From IMG/VR virus record IMGVR_UViG_3300034341_000189, positions 1 to 33,323 of that record: DNA of 33,323 nt. The stretch is one strand, 5' to 3'. The translations under genes and the position numbers were made by a program. This DNA comes from a virus (Duplodnaviria; Caudoviricetes). Numbering within the stretch: the stretch's first letter is position 1; each line of letters starts with the position of its first letter. The notes below the pieces were generated by a model. The model saw only the letters and a program-made list of their open reading frames with translations, was not told the DNA's origin and made no database searches. Positions 16,034 through 24,644 of the stretch are shown piece after piece.

Positions 16034-17262
16034 GTAAATCAAGAAGAAACATAAGTAAAAGGGTAAAACCTCAAGCAAAAGATGGTAAAATACACATCGT
16101 AAACTTAGAGTCGTATTCACGCCCTGACATTAAGGAGTACAGTAATCAAGACTGGGTTTCTTATGGCGATGACAACAACTACTTTGAATACCTAATTGAT
16201 AGGTACAATGGCTCACCAACAAATAATGCTGCAATCAACGGTATTGCAGAAATGATTTACGGTAAAGGACTTGATGCTACTGATGGCGATAAGAATCAAA
16301 GTCAGTATGACGAGATGAAAGAGCTCTTCACTAAAGACTGTATGAAGAAGATTTGCTACGACTACAAGATGATGGGTCAAGCTGCACTTCAGATTATATA
16401 CACCAAAGACAGAAAGAAGATTGCTCAAGTTGAGCATATGCCTGTAGAAACTCTTAGAGCTGAGAAGTGCAATTCAAAAGGGGAGATAGAGGCTTATTTC
16501 TATCACTCTAATTGGGAGGAGTACAAGCAGTCTGATAAGCTAAAGAGAATACCTGCTTTCGGTAAATCTAAGTCGCCACTTGAGATTCTTTATATTAAGC
16601 CTTATCGTGCTGGTTACAAATACTATTCGCCAGTAGATTATCAGGGTGGATTACAGTATGCAGAGCTTGAAGAAGAAGTGGCAAACTACCACATCAATAA
16701 CATTCAGAACGGACTCGCTCCTTCTATGCTTATTAACTTCAATAACGGAGTACCGCCAGATGAGCAGAGGGAAATGATTGAGAGAAGTATCGTAGAGAAG
16801 TTTAGCGGTAGTTCTAACGCAGGTAGATTTATCTTGGCGTTTAATGACTCTAAAGAACTTGCAGCTACAATAGAGCCTGTACAGTTATCTGACGCTCACC
16901 AGCAGTATCAGTTTTTGTCTGATGAATCTATGCGTAAGGTAATGGTATCGCACAGAATCGTCTCTCCTATGCTCGTTGGTATCAAGGATTCAACTGGTCT
17001 TGGAAACAACGCAGAAGAGCTCCAAACGGCTTCTGTACTTATGGATAACACTGTTATTCGCCCTATGCAAGTAACAATCTTAGATGAGTTAGAGAAAGTG
17101 CTTATGTATAACGGAATTGAATTAGATATCTATTTCAAGACATTACAGCCACTTGAGTTTACTGACTTGACAAATGCTATATCTGAGAGTGAAATAGAAA
17201 AAGAAACTGGTGTTAAGAAAGACCAAGTTGATGAAGAACCTCAAATAGAAGAAGAAGAATAA
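16030..17262 (+). CDS. portal protein (410 aa)
   Basis: WVSYGDDNNY...SPTNNAAING...IYGKG, NNIQNGLAPS, FSGSSNAG, HRIVSPMLVGI: portal pattern. Confidence 0.85.
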   Translation: MSKSRRNISKRVKPQAKDGKIHIVNLESYSRPDIKEYSNQDWVSYGDDNNYFEYLIDRYNGSPTNNAAINGIAEMIYGKGLDATDGDKNQSQYDEMKELFTKDCMKKICYDYKMMGQAALQIIYTKDRKKIAQVEHMPVETLRAEKCNSKGEIEAYFYHSNWEEYKQSDKLKRIPAFGKSKSPLEILYIKPYRAGYKYYSPVDYQGGLQYAELEEEVANYHINNIQNGLAPSMLINFNNGVPPDEQREMIERSIVEKFSGSSNAGRFILAFNDSKELAATIEPVQLSDAHQQYQFLSDESMRKVMVSHRIVSPMLVGIKDSTGLGNNAEELQTASVLMDNTVIRPMQVTILDELEKVLMYNGIELDIYFKTLQPLEFTDLTNAISESEIEKETGVKKDQVDEEPQIEEEE

Positions 17263-17263
17263 T

Positions 17264-17767
17264 ATGGCAACTGCACTATTCGTAAAAAGAGCTGACCTTG
17301 TAAAGAACACCGCACTTAATGGTTCGGTGGACACTGATAAGTTTATTCAGTTCATACACATAGCTCAAGAAATTCACGTCAGAAATTATATGGGTACTGA
17401 TTTATATAATAAGATTAGTCAAGATATCATTAATGGCGATTTAACAGGAGACTATTTAGCACTTATAAACGATTATATTCAACCTATGCTTATTCACTTC
17501 GCTATGGCTGAATATCTGCCTTTTGCAGCGTACACAATCGCTAATGGTGGCGTATATAAGCATAATTCAGAGAATAGTACAATCGCAAGTAAAGAAGAGG
17601 TTGACTTACTAATTAATAGAGAACGTGATTATGCAGAATACTATACTCAGCGTTTTATAGACTATATGAGCTTCCACGCAGATGAGAAGTTCCCAGAGTA
17701 TTACACAAACAACAATGAGGATATTTACCCAGATAAAGACGTATTATTTCACGGATGGAATCTATAA
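17264..17767 (+). CDS. putative head-tail adaptor (167 aa)
   Basis: Directly after the portal; helical; AQEIHV..YMGTDLY motif. Confidence 0.6.
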   Translation: MATALFVKRADLVKNTALNGSVDTDKFIQFIHIAQEIHVRNYMGTDLYNKISQDIINGDLTGDYLALINDYIQPMLIHFAMAEYLPFAAYTIANGGVYKHNSENSTIASKEEVDLLINRERDYAEYYTQRFIDYMSFHADEKFPEYYTNNNEDIYPDKDVLFHGWNL

Positions 17768-17871
17768 GCAAGTACAAGCCTAAAGAGGGCAACATAGTAA
17801 AGTTAAAGAAGTATTTAGAAAAGAGAGTTAAACAAGTAAAACAGACAAAAAACATTGGCTACACTAAATAA
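17755..17871 (+). CDS. small basic protein (38 aa)
   Basis: MESISKYKPKEGNIVKLKKYLEKRVKQVKQTKNIGYTK; bridges the adaptor and fibre genes by overlaps. Confidence 0.5.
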   Translation: MESISKYKPKEGNIVKLKKYLEKRVKQVKQTKNIGYTK

Positions 17872-20176
17872 CAAAAAGATAAAGGATACTTTCAAGGGGT
17901 TACTAAAAACCCTTGATAACGCTGAGATTACAGGTCAAGTAGAAATTACTGATGGCGATGGTAATCAAACAGGCGTATTTATAAATACTGATGGCTCTAT
18001 AAAGGTTACTGGCACTACTGAGTTTGGTTCACTCAAAGATACTGGAGAAGACATCACAATTACTAAGTTTGTAGATGAGGCTGATGGTATATCGAACAAT
18101 GATGACGACAGTTCAATACCCACTTCGGCAGCAGTAAAAGATTATGTTGACATTAATGTTACTGCGCAAGACTTAGATTTTCAAGGAGATGGAGGAACTG
18201 GTGCTGTTGACTTAGACAGTCAAAGTTTAGATATCGCTGGCGGTACTGGGATAACCACTTCCGCTTTAGACCAAACACTAACGATAGATATTGATAATAC
18301 AGTAGCTACATTAAGCGACACACAAACGCTAACAAATAAATCTATTGACCTTACAAACAATACGATTACTGGTACTACCTCACAATTCAATACTGCTTTA
18401 AGCGATGACAACTTCGCTACCCTTGCTGGTACAGATACCTTAACCAACAAAACTATAAACGCAGATAATAATACAGTATCAAACATTGAGACAGATAATC
18501 TAAAGGCTGGGGTTTTAGATACTGACCTTAGCAGTGTTTCTGCAAGTGATGACACTCTTGCAAGTGCAAAAGCAATTAAAACATATGTAGATACACAGAT
18601 AACTGCGGAAGACTTAGACTTTTCTGGAGATACTGGAAGTGGTTCAGTTGACCTTGATAGTCAAACATTATCTATAACTGGAACTGGTATAGCATCTACA
18701 ACAGCAGCCGACCAAGTTTTAGCAGTAAACGTGCCAGCTACTAATTTAAGCAATACTCCAGCATCTACAACACTTGACGTGGAGAGTTCAACTGGAAACA
18801 ACACTACGTTACCAGCAGCAACAATTACAAATGCTGGCGTTATGACTGGTGCTGACAAAACAAAACTTGATGGCATTGAAGATGGAGCAGAGGTTAACGT
18901 AGTCACAAGCGTTAATACAGAAACTGGCGATGTAGTTTTAGACACAGATGATGTAAGCGAGGGTACAAGCAATCTTTATTACACTGACTCTAGAGCAGAT
19001 GAAAGAGTAGACTTACAAACTGGTACGAATTTAGATTTATCACAAAAAAGCACAAGCAATCTAAGTGAAGGCACAAACCTTTATTACACAGAGGACAGGG
19101 TATCTGCTAACACAAATGTAGCTGCAAATACATTAAAGAACTCATATCCAACAGTAGATTCAACTAAGGTCGGTTTTATTAGCGTAACACAAGCTGTTGA
19201 CCTTGATACTATGGAGAGCAACATAGAAACTAACAACGCTAAAAATAGTTATCCAAGCGCAGATGCTACTAAAGTAGGATTTATAAGTGTTACTCAGGCA
19301 GTAGATTTAGACACCATAGAGAACGATGTAGCAACGAATAACGCTAAAATAAGTTTTGACAGTGCTTCATCTGCTAAGTTAGCAGGGATTGAAGATAACG
19401 CAGATGTTACCGATACTGCAAATGTTACATCAGCAGGTGCTCTTATGGATAGTGAGGTTGACGCAGATATCAAGACTTTAAGTTTACCAGCTAATACAAC
19501 TATCAGTTCTTTTGCACAATCGTTTTTAGACGATGCGGACGCAGCAACAGTTAGGACTACAATAGGTGCAGGTACTTCTAACTTAGAATTAGGTACAACA
19601 TCAACAACAGCTTTAGCAGGAGATACAACTACAATCACTACTCAACAAGCTACTGACATTCAAACAAACAATGCTAAGGTATCAAATGTAACAACTGACC
19701 TATCAGCAACTGCAAATGGCACAAGTCTTACAATAAATTCATCGGATGGCACAGATGCATCAGTACCAGCTGCAACAACAAGTGCTTGGGGTGCTATGAC
19801 AGATGAAGACAAGACTAAGCTAGACGGAATTGCAACTGGTGCGACTGCAAATGTAGGTACAGTTACAGAGGTTACAGTTGGCACTGGATTAGATGTTACA
19901 AATGGCACTACAACACCAGCACTAAGTTTAGACCTATCGGAGTTTACAGATATGACTGCCGATATGATAGAAACAGACGAGTTTATTGTACTCGACGGAG
20001 GAGCAGAGAGACGAAAAGCAATTAATGAAGTAAAGTCTACTCTATTTAGCAACAATGATTTATACAAAGTGATAGGAGTAGCAACAGACCACTCTAGCAG
20101 AGTACTATCAGACAGTGGTACATCAGAGGGTGCTACAAGCATTATGCAGAATTTTGAAATTTTAATAAATAACTAA
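17855..20176 (+). CDS. long repetitive fibre protein (773 aa, TTG start)
   Basis: T/D/S/A-rich with repeated modules (K.YVD...DLDF.GD.G.G.VDLDSQ; EGT.NLYYT; DKTKLDGI; 35-aa tandem). Confidence 0.75.
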   Translation: MATLNNKKIKDTFKGLLKTLDNAEITGQVEITDGDGNQTGVFINTDGSIKVTGTTEFGSLKDTGEDITITKFVDEADGISNNDDDSSIPTSAAVKDYVDINVTAQDLDFQGDGGTGAVDLDSQSLDIAGGTGITTSALDQTLTIDIDNTVATLSDTQTLTNKSIDLTNNTITGTTSQFNTALSDDNFATLAGTDTLTNKTINADNNTVSNIETDNLKAGVLDTDLSSVSASDDTLASAKAIKTYVDTQITAEDLDFSGDTGSGSVDLDSQTLSITGTGIASTTAADQVLAVNVPATNLSNTPASTTLDVESSTGNNTTLPAATITNAGVMTGADKTKLDGIEDGAEVNVVTSVNTETGDVVLDTDDVSEGTSNLYYTDSRADERVDLQTGTNLDLSQKSTSNLSEGTNLYYTEDRVSANTNVAANTLKNSYPTVDSTKVGFISVTQAVDLDTMESNIETNNAKNSYPSADATKVGFISVTQAVDLDTIENDVATNNAKISFDSASSAKLAGIEDNADVTDTANVTSAGALMDSEVDADIKTLSLPANTTISSFAQSFLDDADAATVRTTIGAGTSNLELGTTSTTALAGDTTTITTQQATDIQTNNAKVSNVTTDLSATANGTSLTINSSDGTDASVPAATTSAWGAMTDEDKTKLDGIATGATANVGTVTEVTVGTGLDVTNGTTTPALSLDLSEFTDMTADMIETDEFIVLDGGAERRKAINEVKSTLFSNNDLYKVIGVATDHSSRVLSDSGTSEGATSIMQNFEILINN

Positions 20177-20179
20177 AAA

Positions 20180-21424
20180 ATGAGTTTATACGATAAGGCA
20201 AGCATAGCGATGATACCGAGTGGCTACAAAGCGAGTACACTTTATTCGGTTATGCCAGCAAACGGAAACGGAGACTTTTCACACATTAGAGGTAATACAA
20301 CATCTACTAGAGTAAACAAAGATGGACTAATTGAGAATGTAGGCAGCAATATACCTAGACTAAACTACCCATTAACAAATGGTTTGGTAGGCGATTGTCC
20401 GAATTTGCTTGTAGAGATGTCCAGAACTAACAGAAGTCAAAACTCAGAGGTATTTAATAATTGGAGTGGTGGAAGTACGTTAGTGACGGCAAATCAAGCT
20501 ATCGCACCAGACGGTAATTTAACTGCTGACGAGTTAACAAAAACTAGTTCGTTTTCTGGTGTAGGGCGAACAGAAACATTGTCAACTAGTGTTGTAGATA
20601 CTGTGTTTAGCGTTTTCGTAAAAGAAGACACAACAGACCGTATCACATTAAGAGTAGCTAGTGGAGGTAACGATGTGCGAAGAGTTTTTAATCTAACAAA
20701 CGAAACTAGTGGAAACAGTGGGGGAAATAGCATAGGTTTTATTAGTGATAAAATAGAAAAATACCCAAATGGCTGGTACAGAGTTTCTCTTATTTGTACA
20801 TCAGCCGCATCAACAGTAGGACTTAACATATATGGTGGACAAGCTGGTAACACAACTTATGATGGAGAGGTTTATATATGGGGTTCTCAATTAGAAGAAG
20901 GCGATTACATTACATCTTATATGCCAAATTCATCAACTACTACAACTCGCTCTAGTGATGCTTACTATAACTCTGGAACAACAGCAGATTTTAACGACAG
21001 TGAAGGGGTTTTATTTGTAGAAATGGCTGCTCTAGGTACAGACGGAATTACAAAAAGATTATCAGTATCAAACAGTGGCACTGGTGCTAGTTATATAATA
21101 CGAATTGAGTTTAGACCAACAGAAAACCAGATATACGGTGTAATTTTTGTTACTGGTGTAGGAAACGTAGCGACGCTAACACATACAGTATCAGATTGGA
21201 CACAGATGAATAAAGTAGCTGTAAAATATAAAACCAATGATTTTGCTATGTGGATTAATGGAGTAGAAGTTGCGACAGACACATTAGGAAGCACAAGCAC
21301 TGGATTAGGTACAATTCGGCTGGATGCTGGCAATGGTGGCAACAGTTGGTATGGAAACCTTAAACAATTAATCTATTTTAACGAGGCACTTACAGACACC
21401 GAACTACAAACTTTAACAAGTTAA
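20180..21424 (+). CDS. spike / receptor-binding protein with carbohydrate-binding and LamG-like domains (414 aa)
   Basis: EKYPNGWYRVS..YIWGSQLEEG..TSY module; C-terminal KVAVKY...WING...YFNEALTDTELQTLT. Confidence 0.65.
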   Translation: MSLYDKASIAMIPSGYKASTLYSVMPANGNGDFSHIRGNTTSTRVNKDGLIENVGSNIPRLNYPLTNGLVGDCPNLLVEMSRTNRSQNSEVFNNWSGGSTLVTANQAIAPDGNLTADELTKTSSFSGVGRTETLSTSVVDTVFSVFVKEDTTDRITLRVASGGNDVRRVFNLTNETSGNSGGNSIGFISDKIEKYPNGWYRVSLICTSAASTVGLNIYGGQAGNTTYDGEVYIWGSQLEEGDYITSYMPNSSTTTTRSSDAYYNSGTTADFNDSEGVLFVEMAALGTDGITKRLSVSNSGTGASYIIRIEFRPTENQIYGVIFVTGVGNVATLTHTVSDWTQMNKVAVKYKTNDFAMWINGVEVATDTLGSTSTGLGTIRLDAGNGGNSWYGNLKQLIYFNEALTDTELQTLTS

Positions 21425-21427
21425 AAA

Positions 21428-21757
21428 ATGGGATATATATTTAAAAAATACGAGTTTAACTCACAGGAACAAGCAGAAGAGAAAATAGCTGCTTTGCCAC
21501 ACGACACAGACGATGAAGGTAACGAGTGGCTATCAGGTAATCATACAATAGTAAAACTTGGTTATCTATGGGTTACAGAACCTACCTTTGATAATGAGGG
21601 TAATATAGAAACTGAGGGCGTTGCTTCTGACAAATACTCAGTAGATGTTTTATGGAATGATTTAGACGAATCGCCTTATGGTTGGAAGTCTTATGAAATA
21701 ACAGTAGAGGGTAATGGTGCACATACCTTTGCAGGGTGGAACTTTAACGAGCAATAA
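21428..21757 (+). CDS. hypothetical protein, probably fibre-associated (109 aa)
   Basis: FKKYEF...YSVDVLW...HTFAG; follows the spike gene. Confidence 0.65.
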   Translation: MGYIFKKYEFNSQEQAEEKIAALPHDTDDEGNEWLSGNHTIVKLGYLWVTEPTFDNEGNIETEGVASDKYSVDVLWNDLDESPYGWKSYEITVEGNGAHTFAGWNFNEQ

Positions 21758-21759
21758 AA

Positions 21760-22032
21760 ATGTCAGAGTTGTCTAAAGATACTAAATTCAGTATGAGCAT
21801 AGAAACTATTGTATCTCTTGCTGTCGGTATAAGTACTGTAACAGCGTTTTACTTTAGCTTAAAAGCACAGATTGATAGAGCTATGGAATTACCTGAACCT
21901 GTTATCTCAAGACAAGAGTACGACCTAAAAGATAACGCCATCCGTTCAGAGATTATGAATAATCGTGAGCTGATAGAAAAGAACTTTGAGAAACTTGAAC
22001 TGATTGAGCAGCGTGTATATGAATTAAGATGA
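21760..22032 (+). CDS. membrane-anchored coiled-coil protein (90 aa), lysis module
   Basis: One N-terminal hydrophobic segment followed by a heptad-rich region. Confidence 0.6.
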   Translation: MSELSKDTKFSMSIETIVSLAVGISTVTAFYFSLKAQIDRAMELPEPVISRQEYDLKDNAIRSEIMNNRELIEKNFEKLELIEQRVYELR

Positions 22033-22349
22033 GAACTTTAATTGTCTTAGCGTTTCTACTATTTAGCCCTACATCATTAGGTAAGGTAGAATCATTTGAT
22101 ATTACTGTATTACACATCAATTCACAGTGGAATAAGAAACATAATGTTGATTTAAACGATTTAAGAAATTGTAATGTAAAGTTTGTTTGGCTTGAAGAAC
22201 AAGGTATTGGTCTAAAAAGGCAAATTCAAACAGTACCCACTATAGTCGTTATGAAAGACAAAAAAGTAATTAGACAATGGGCTGCTGACCTTAGTTTTAG
22301 ATTGAACGTGGACTTAGAAGAGATTCAACAAGTAATAGATAAATTATGA
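22029..22349 (+). CDS. exported thioredoxin-fold-like protein lacking CxxC (106 aa)
   Basis: Signal-peptide-like N-terminus; HINSQWN and IQTVPTIVVMKD (cis-Pro loop). Confidence 0.5.
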   Translation: MRTLIVLAFLLFSPTSLGKVESFDITVLHINSQWNKKHNVDLNDLRNCNVKFVWLEEQGIGLKRQIQTVPTIVVMKDKKVIRQWAADLSFRLNVDLEEIQQVIDKL

Positions 22350-22702
22350 AATACTTTGATTACCACGAATTCGACTCGCCAGATATACAAGGCTCTGGAC
22401 AGTTGATGAGCAAAGAGCTTCTTGAGATACTTGAAGAGGTTCGTGAACACTACGGAAGACCCATAAACATTACAAGTGGGTACAGAACGGAATCTCACAA
22501 TGCTAAGGTTGGCGGAACACCCAACTCAAGTCATCTAAGAGGTTTAGCTTGTGATGTGGCGTGTACTAATTCAAGAGATAGATTTCACTTAGTGCGCCTA
22601 TTTATAGAATACGGAATAACTCGTATCGGAATAGCAAATAACTTTATACACATCGACATAGACGATGAAGAGAAGTCCGAACAAGTAATCTGGACATACT
22701 AA
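22346..22702 (+). CDS. endolysin, peptidase M15 family (118 aa)
   Basis: ITSGYR..HNAKVGG..NSSHLRGLACD...FIHID zinc-peptidase motifs. Confidence 0.9.
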   Translation: MKYFDYHEFDSPDIQGSGQLMSKELLEILEEVREHYGRPINITSGYRTESHNAKVGGTPNSSHLRGLACDVACTNSRDRFHLVRLFIEYGITRIGIANNFIHIDIDDEEKSEQVIWTY

Positions 22703-23103
22703 TGAAAAAGATACTTCAATTAATTACTGGTGGTCTTGTAAAGGACATAGGGGATGTTATAGATAAAGTAACAACTACTGATGAAGAACGCCTTGCTGCA
22801 AAGCAGAAGATACAAGAACTATTAGAAAAAGCAGATAATGATGCTCAAACACAAGTTACAGAACGCTGGAAACTGGATATGCAAAGCGACTCGTTTCTGT
22901 CAAAGAACATACGACCGCTTGTTATGGTGTTTCTTACAGCGATGTTTACCGTATTGGCATTTACCGATGGCAACATTGGACAGTTTTCAATACAGAAGGA
23001 ATATATCCCTATATTTCAAACGCTCCTCGTTACTGTTTACGGTGCGTACTTTGTGGGAAGAACTTGGGAAAAAAATAGCAAAAATGGCAAGAAAGATAGT
23101 TAG
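22702..23103 (+). CDS. holin (3TM/GTA-holin-like, 133 aa)
   Basis: RW..DM.SDSFLSKNIRPL, two hydrophobic helices, YGAYFVGRTWEK. Confidence 0.8.
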   Translation: MKKILQLITGGLVKDIGDVIDKVTTTDEERLAAKQKIQELLEKADNDAQTQVTERWKLDMQSDSFLSKNIRPLVMVFLTAMFTVLAFTDGNIGQFSIQKEYIPIFQTLLVTVYGAYFVGRTWEKNSKNGKKDS

Positions 23104-23209
23104 TACATACAAAAGTAAAAGTAAAACAAAACGACCAAACGTACATTCTAAGAACGCTTCTGTAGGTCAGAAGGGTTATAAGAAAAAGTATCGTGGGCAA
23201 GGTCGTTAA
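23084..23209 (+). CDS. basic microprotein ending KKKYRGQGR (41 aa)
   Basis: 3' part of ORF-track 22838..23209; ATG 23084 overlaps the holin end. Confidence 0.65.
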   Translation: MARKIVSTYKSKSKTKRPNVHSKNASVGQKGYKKKYRGQGR

Positions 23210-23218
23210 TAACTTTTA

Positions 23219-23254
23219 TGAATTCAATACCCCTTTGTGAATTCAATAGGGTAT
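23219..23254 (+). repeat. two TGAATTCAATA units with an ATACCC/GGGTAT inverted repeat
   Basis: Near copy of 2869-2902. Confidence 0.75.
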
Positions 23255-23317
23255 ATTTGTGATATATAAAGTTTTTCTCTGTTTAGTCCTTTATATTTGA
23301 TTTTGTTCAATCGGAAG

Positions 23318-23351
23318 AGTGGCAGCCCTGTAAGGTTGTCACTTTTTTTTT
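23318..23351 (+). terminator. intrinsic terminator ending the late/lysis region
   Basis: AGTGGCAGCC-CTGTAA-GGTTGTCACT followed by a T run. Confidence 0.85.
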
Positions 23352-23364
23352 GTATATTAGTTGT

Positions 23365-23742
23365 ATGGATAGAAACCAAAAGGGTTGTTTCGCTGAATAT
23401 AAGTTCGCCACCAGAGCGATGGAGAACGGCTTTAATGTTTCTATGCCACTACTTGATTCCTCTACATACGACTGTATATTAGAAAGAGAGAACAAGCTAT
23501 ATAAAGTTCAGGTTAAATATATGTCCGCCAATAGATATACCTCTGAGAAACAGAAATTACCTCAGATTGAGATAAAATGTGGCAAAGGTTACTATTCGGC
23601 TGAAGACGTTGATTTCTTTGCAGTATGGCACGATGAGCATAAGGGATTCTTTATACTACAGAATACTGGACAACGAGCTTATAGGTTGTGTGTTACAAAT
23701 AAATACAAAGAAAACTTCAATAATTTCGATTTAATACAATAA
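23365..23742 (+). CDS. PD-(D/E)XK endonuclease (intron-associated/homing type)
   Basis: KG.FAE...VSMP....YD.I......KVQVK...Y...DVDFFAV; ATG 23365 preferred over TTG 23350. Confidence 0.75.
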   Translation: MDRNQKGCFAEYKFATRAMENGFNVSMPLLDSSTYDCILERENKLYKVQVKYMSANRYTSEKQKLPQIEIKCGKGYYSAEDVDFFAVWHDEHKGFFILQNTGQRAYRLCVTNKYKENFNNFDLIQ

Positions 23743-23745
23743 TTA

Positions 23746-23777
23746 TTTGGTGGTGTCAGTTGGGATTTGTACATTTG
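23746..23777 (+). promoter_or_regulatory. Bacteroidota sigma-A type promoter, probably giving a leaderless mRNA
   Basis: TTTG (23746-23749), 20 nt, TACATTTG (23770-23777), 4 nt, ATG 23782. Confidence 0.75.
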
Positions 23778-23781
23778 CCCT

Positions 23782-24333
23782 ATGACTATATACGAGAAAT
23801 TGGTGGATGTTCAGGGGAGACTGAAAGCACCGAAGAATCAGAGAAACAATTTCGGTAAGTACAATTACAGAAGTTGTGAGGACATCTTAGAGGCAGTAAA
23901 ACCTCTATTAGTAGAGCACAAACTTGCTCTTACTATATCGGACTATGTAGATACTACACAAGCTCCGATGGTTTCAGCTACAGCAAAAATCACTGATGGT
24001 AAAGATACTATTGAGGTTAGTGCTCAGGCTGGAATAGACATTAACAGGAAAGGTATGGACATCGCTCAATCATTTGGGTCAAGTTCATCTTATGCACGGA
24101 AATACGCTTTAAACGGCTTATTTCTTATTGACGATACCAAAGACTCAGATGCAACTAATACTCACGGTAAAACGGCTACAAATGCCGTTAACGAGGCTTT
24201 AGCTTGGTTGCCTGATAATGGCGAGAAGTTCAATAACGCCAAGTCAGCATTAAAGTCTGGTAAAGTGTCCATACAGGACATCAGAAAGAAGTACAAAGTA
24301 AGCAAGAAAGTAGAACAATTATTAAACGATTAA
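23782..24333 (+). CDS. erf: ERF-family single-strand annealing protein
   Basis: LKAPKNQRNNFGKYNYRSCEDIL and GSSSSYARKYALNGLFLIDD motifs. Confidence 0.9.
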   Translation: MTIYEKLVDVQGRLKAPKNQRNNFGKYNYRSCEDILEAVKPLLVEHKLALTISDYVDTTQAPMVSATAKITDGKDTIEVSAQAGIDINRKGMDIAQSFGSSSSYARKYALNGLFLIDDTKDSDATNTHGKTATNAVNEALAWLPDNGEKFNNAKSALKSGKVSIQDIRKKYKVSKKVEQLLND

Positions 24334-24342
24334 TTTTTAAAT

Positions 24343-24609
24343 ATGGATAATCAACAAGCAATTTATGTAGGAACTGGCACAAAGCCAGATAATTTCAGTG
24401 GCATTAACTTCAGCGTAGCTGAAAGCAAACTAAGAGACCACTGGTATGAGTATAACGGAGAACGATACGTTAGACTTACTATCGAGCCTAAGAAAGAGCC
24501 GATGTATGGTAAGACTCACAACGTGAAAGTAAACACTTGGAAACCGCAAGGCGAAGCAAGTGCTCCAGTTAAACAAGCTGTGGAGGAGAATAGTGACCTC
24601 CCTTTCTAA
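24343..24609 (+). CDS. putative ssDNA-binding protein (88 aa)
   Basis: Follows ERF; acidic tail ending DLPF. Confidence 0.55.
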   Translation: MDNQQAIYVGTGTKPDNFSGINFSVAESKLRDHWYEYNGERYVRLTIEPKKEPMYGKTHNVKVNTWKPQGEASAPVKQAVEENSDLPF

Positions 24610-24616
24610 ACTAATT

Positions 24617-24641
24617 AGGGGAGGTTCGCCTCCCCTTTTTT
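24617..24641 (+). terminator. intrinsic terminator
   Basis: AGGGGAGG-TTCG-CCTCCCCT followed by T5. Confidence 0.9.
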
Positions 24642-24644
24642 ATT

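Noticed and set aside
17855-21424. Diversity-generating retroelement acting on fibre genes
   Set aside because: No reverse transcriptase, and the repeats differ at synonymous positions rather than specifically at adenines.
22838-23083. 123-aa ORF overlapping the holin as an embedded spanin
   Set aside because: No signal peptide or lipobox; only the part from ATG 23084 looks like a real protein.
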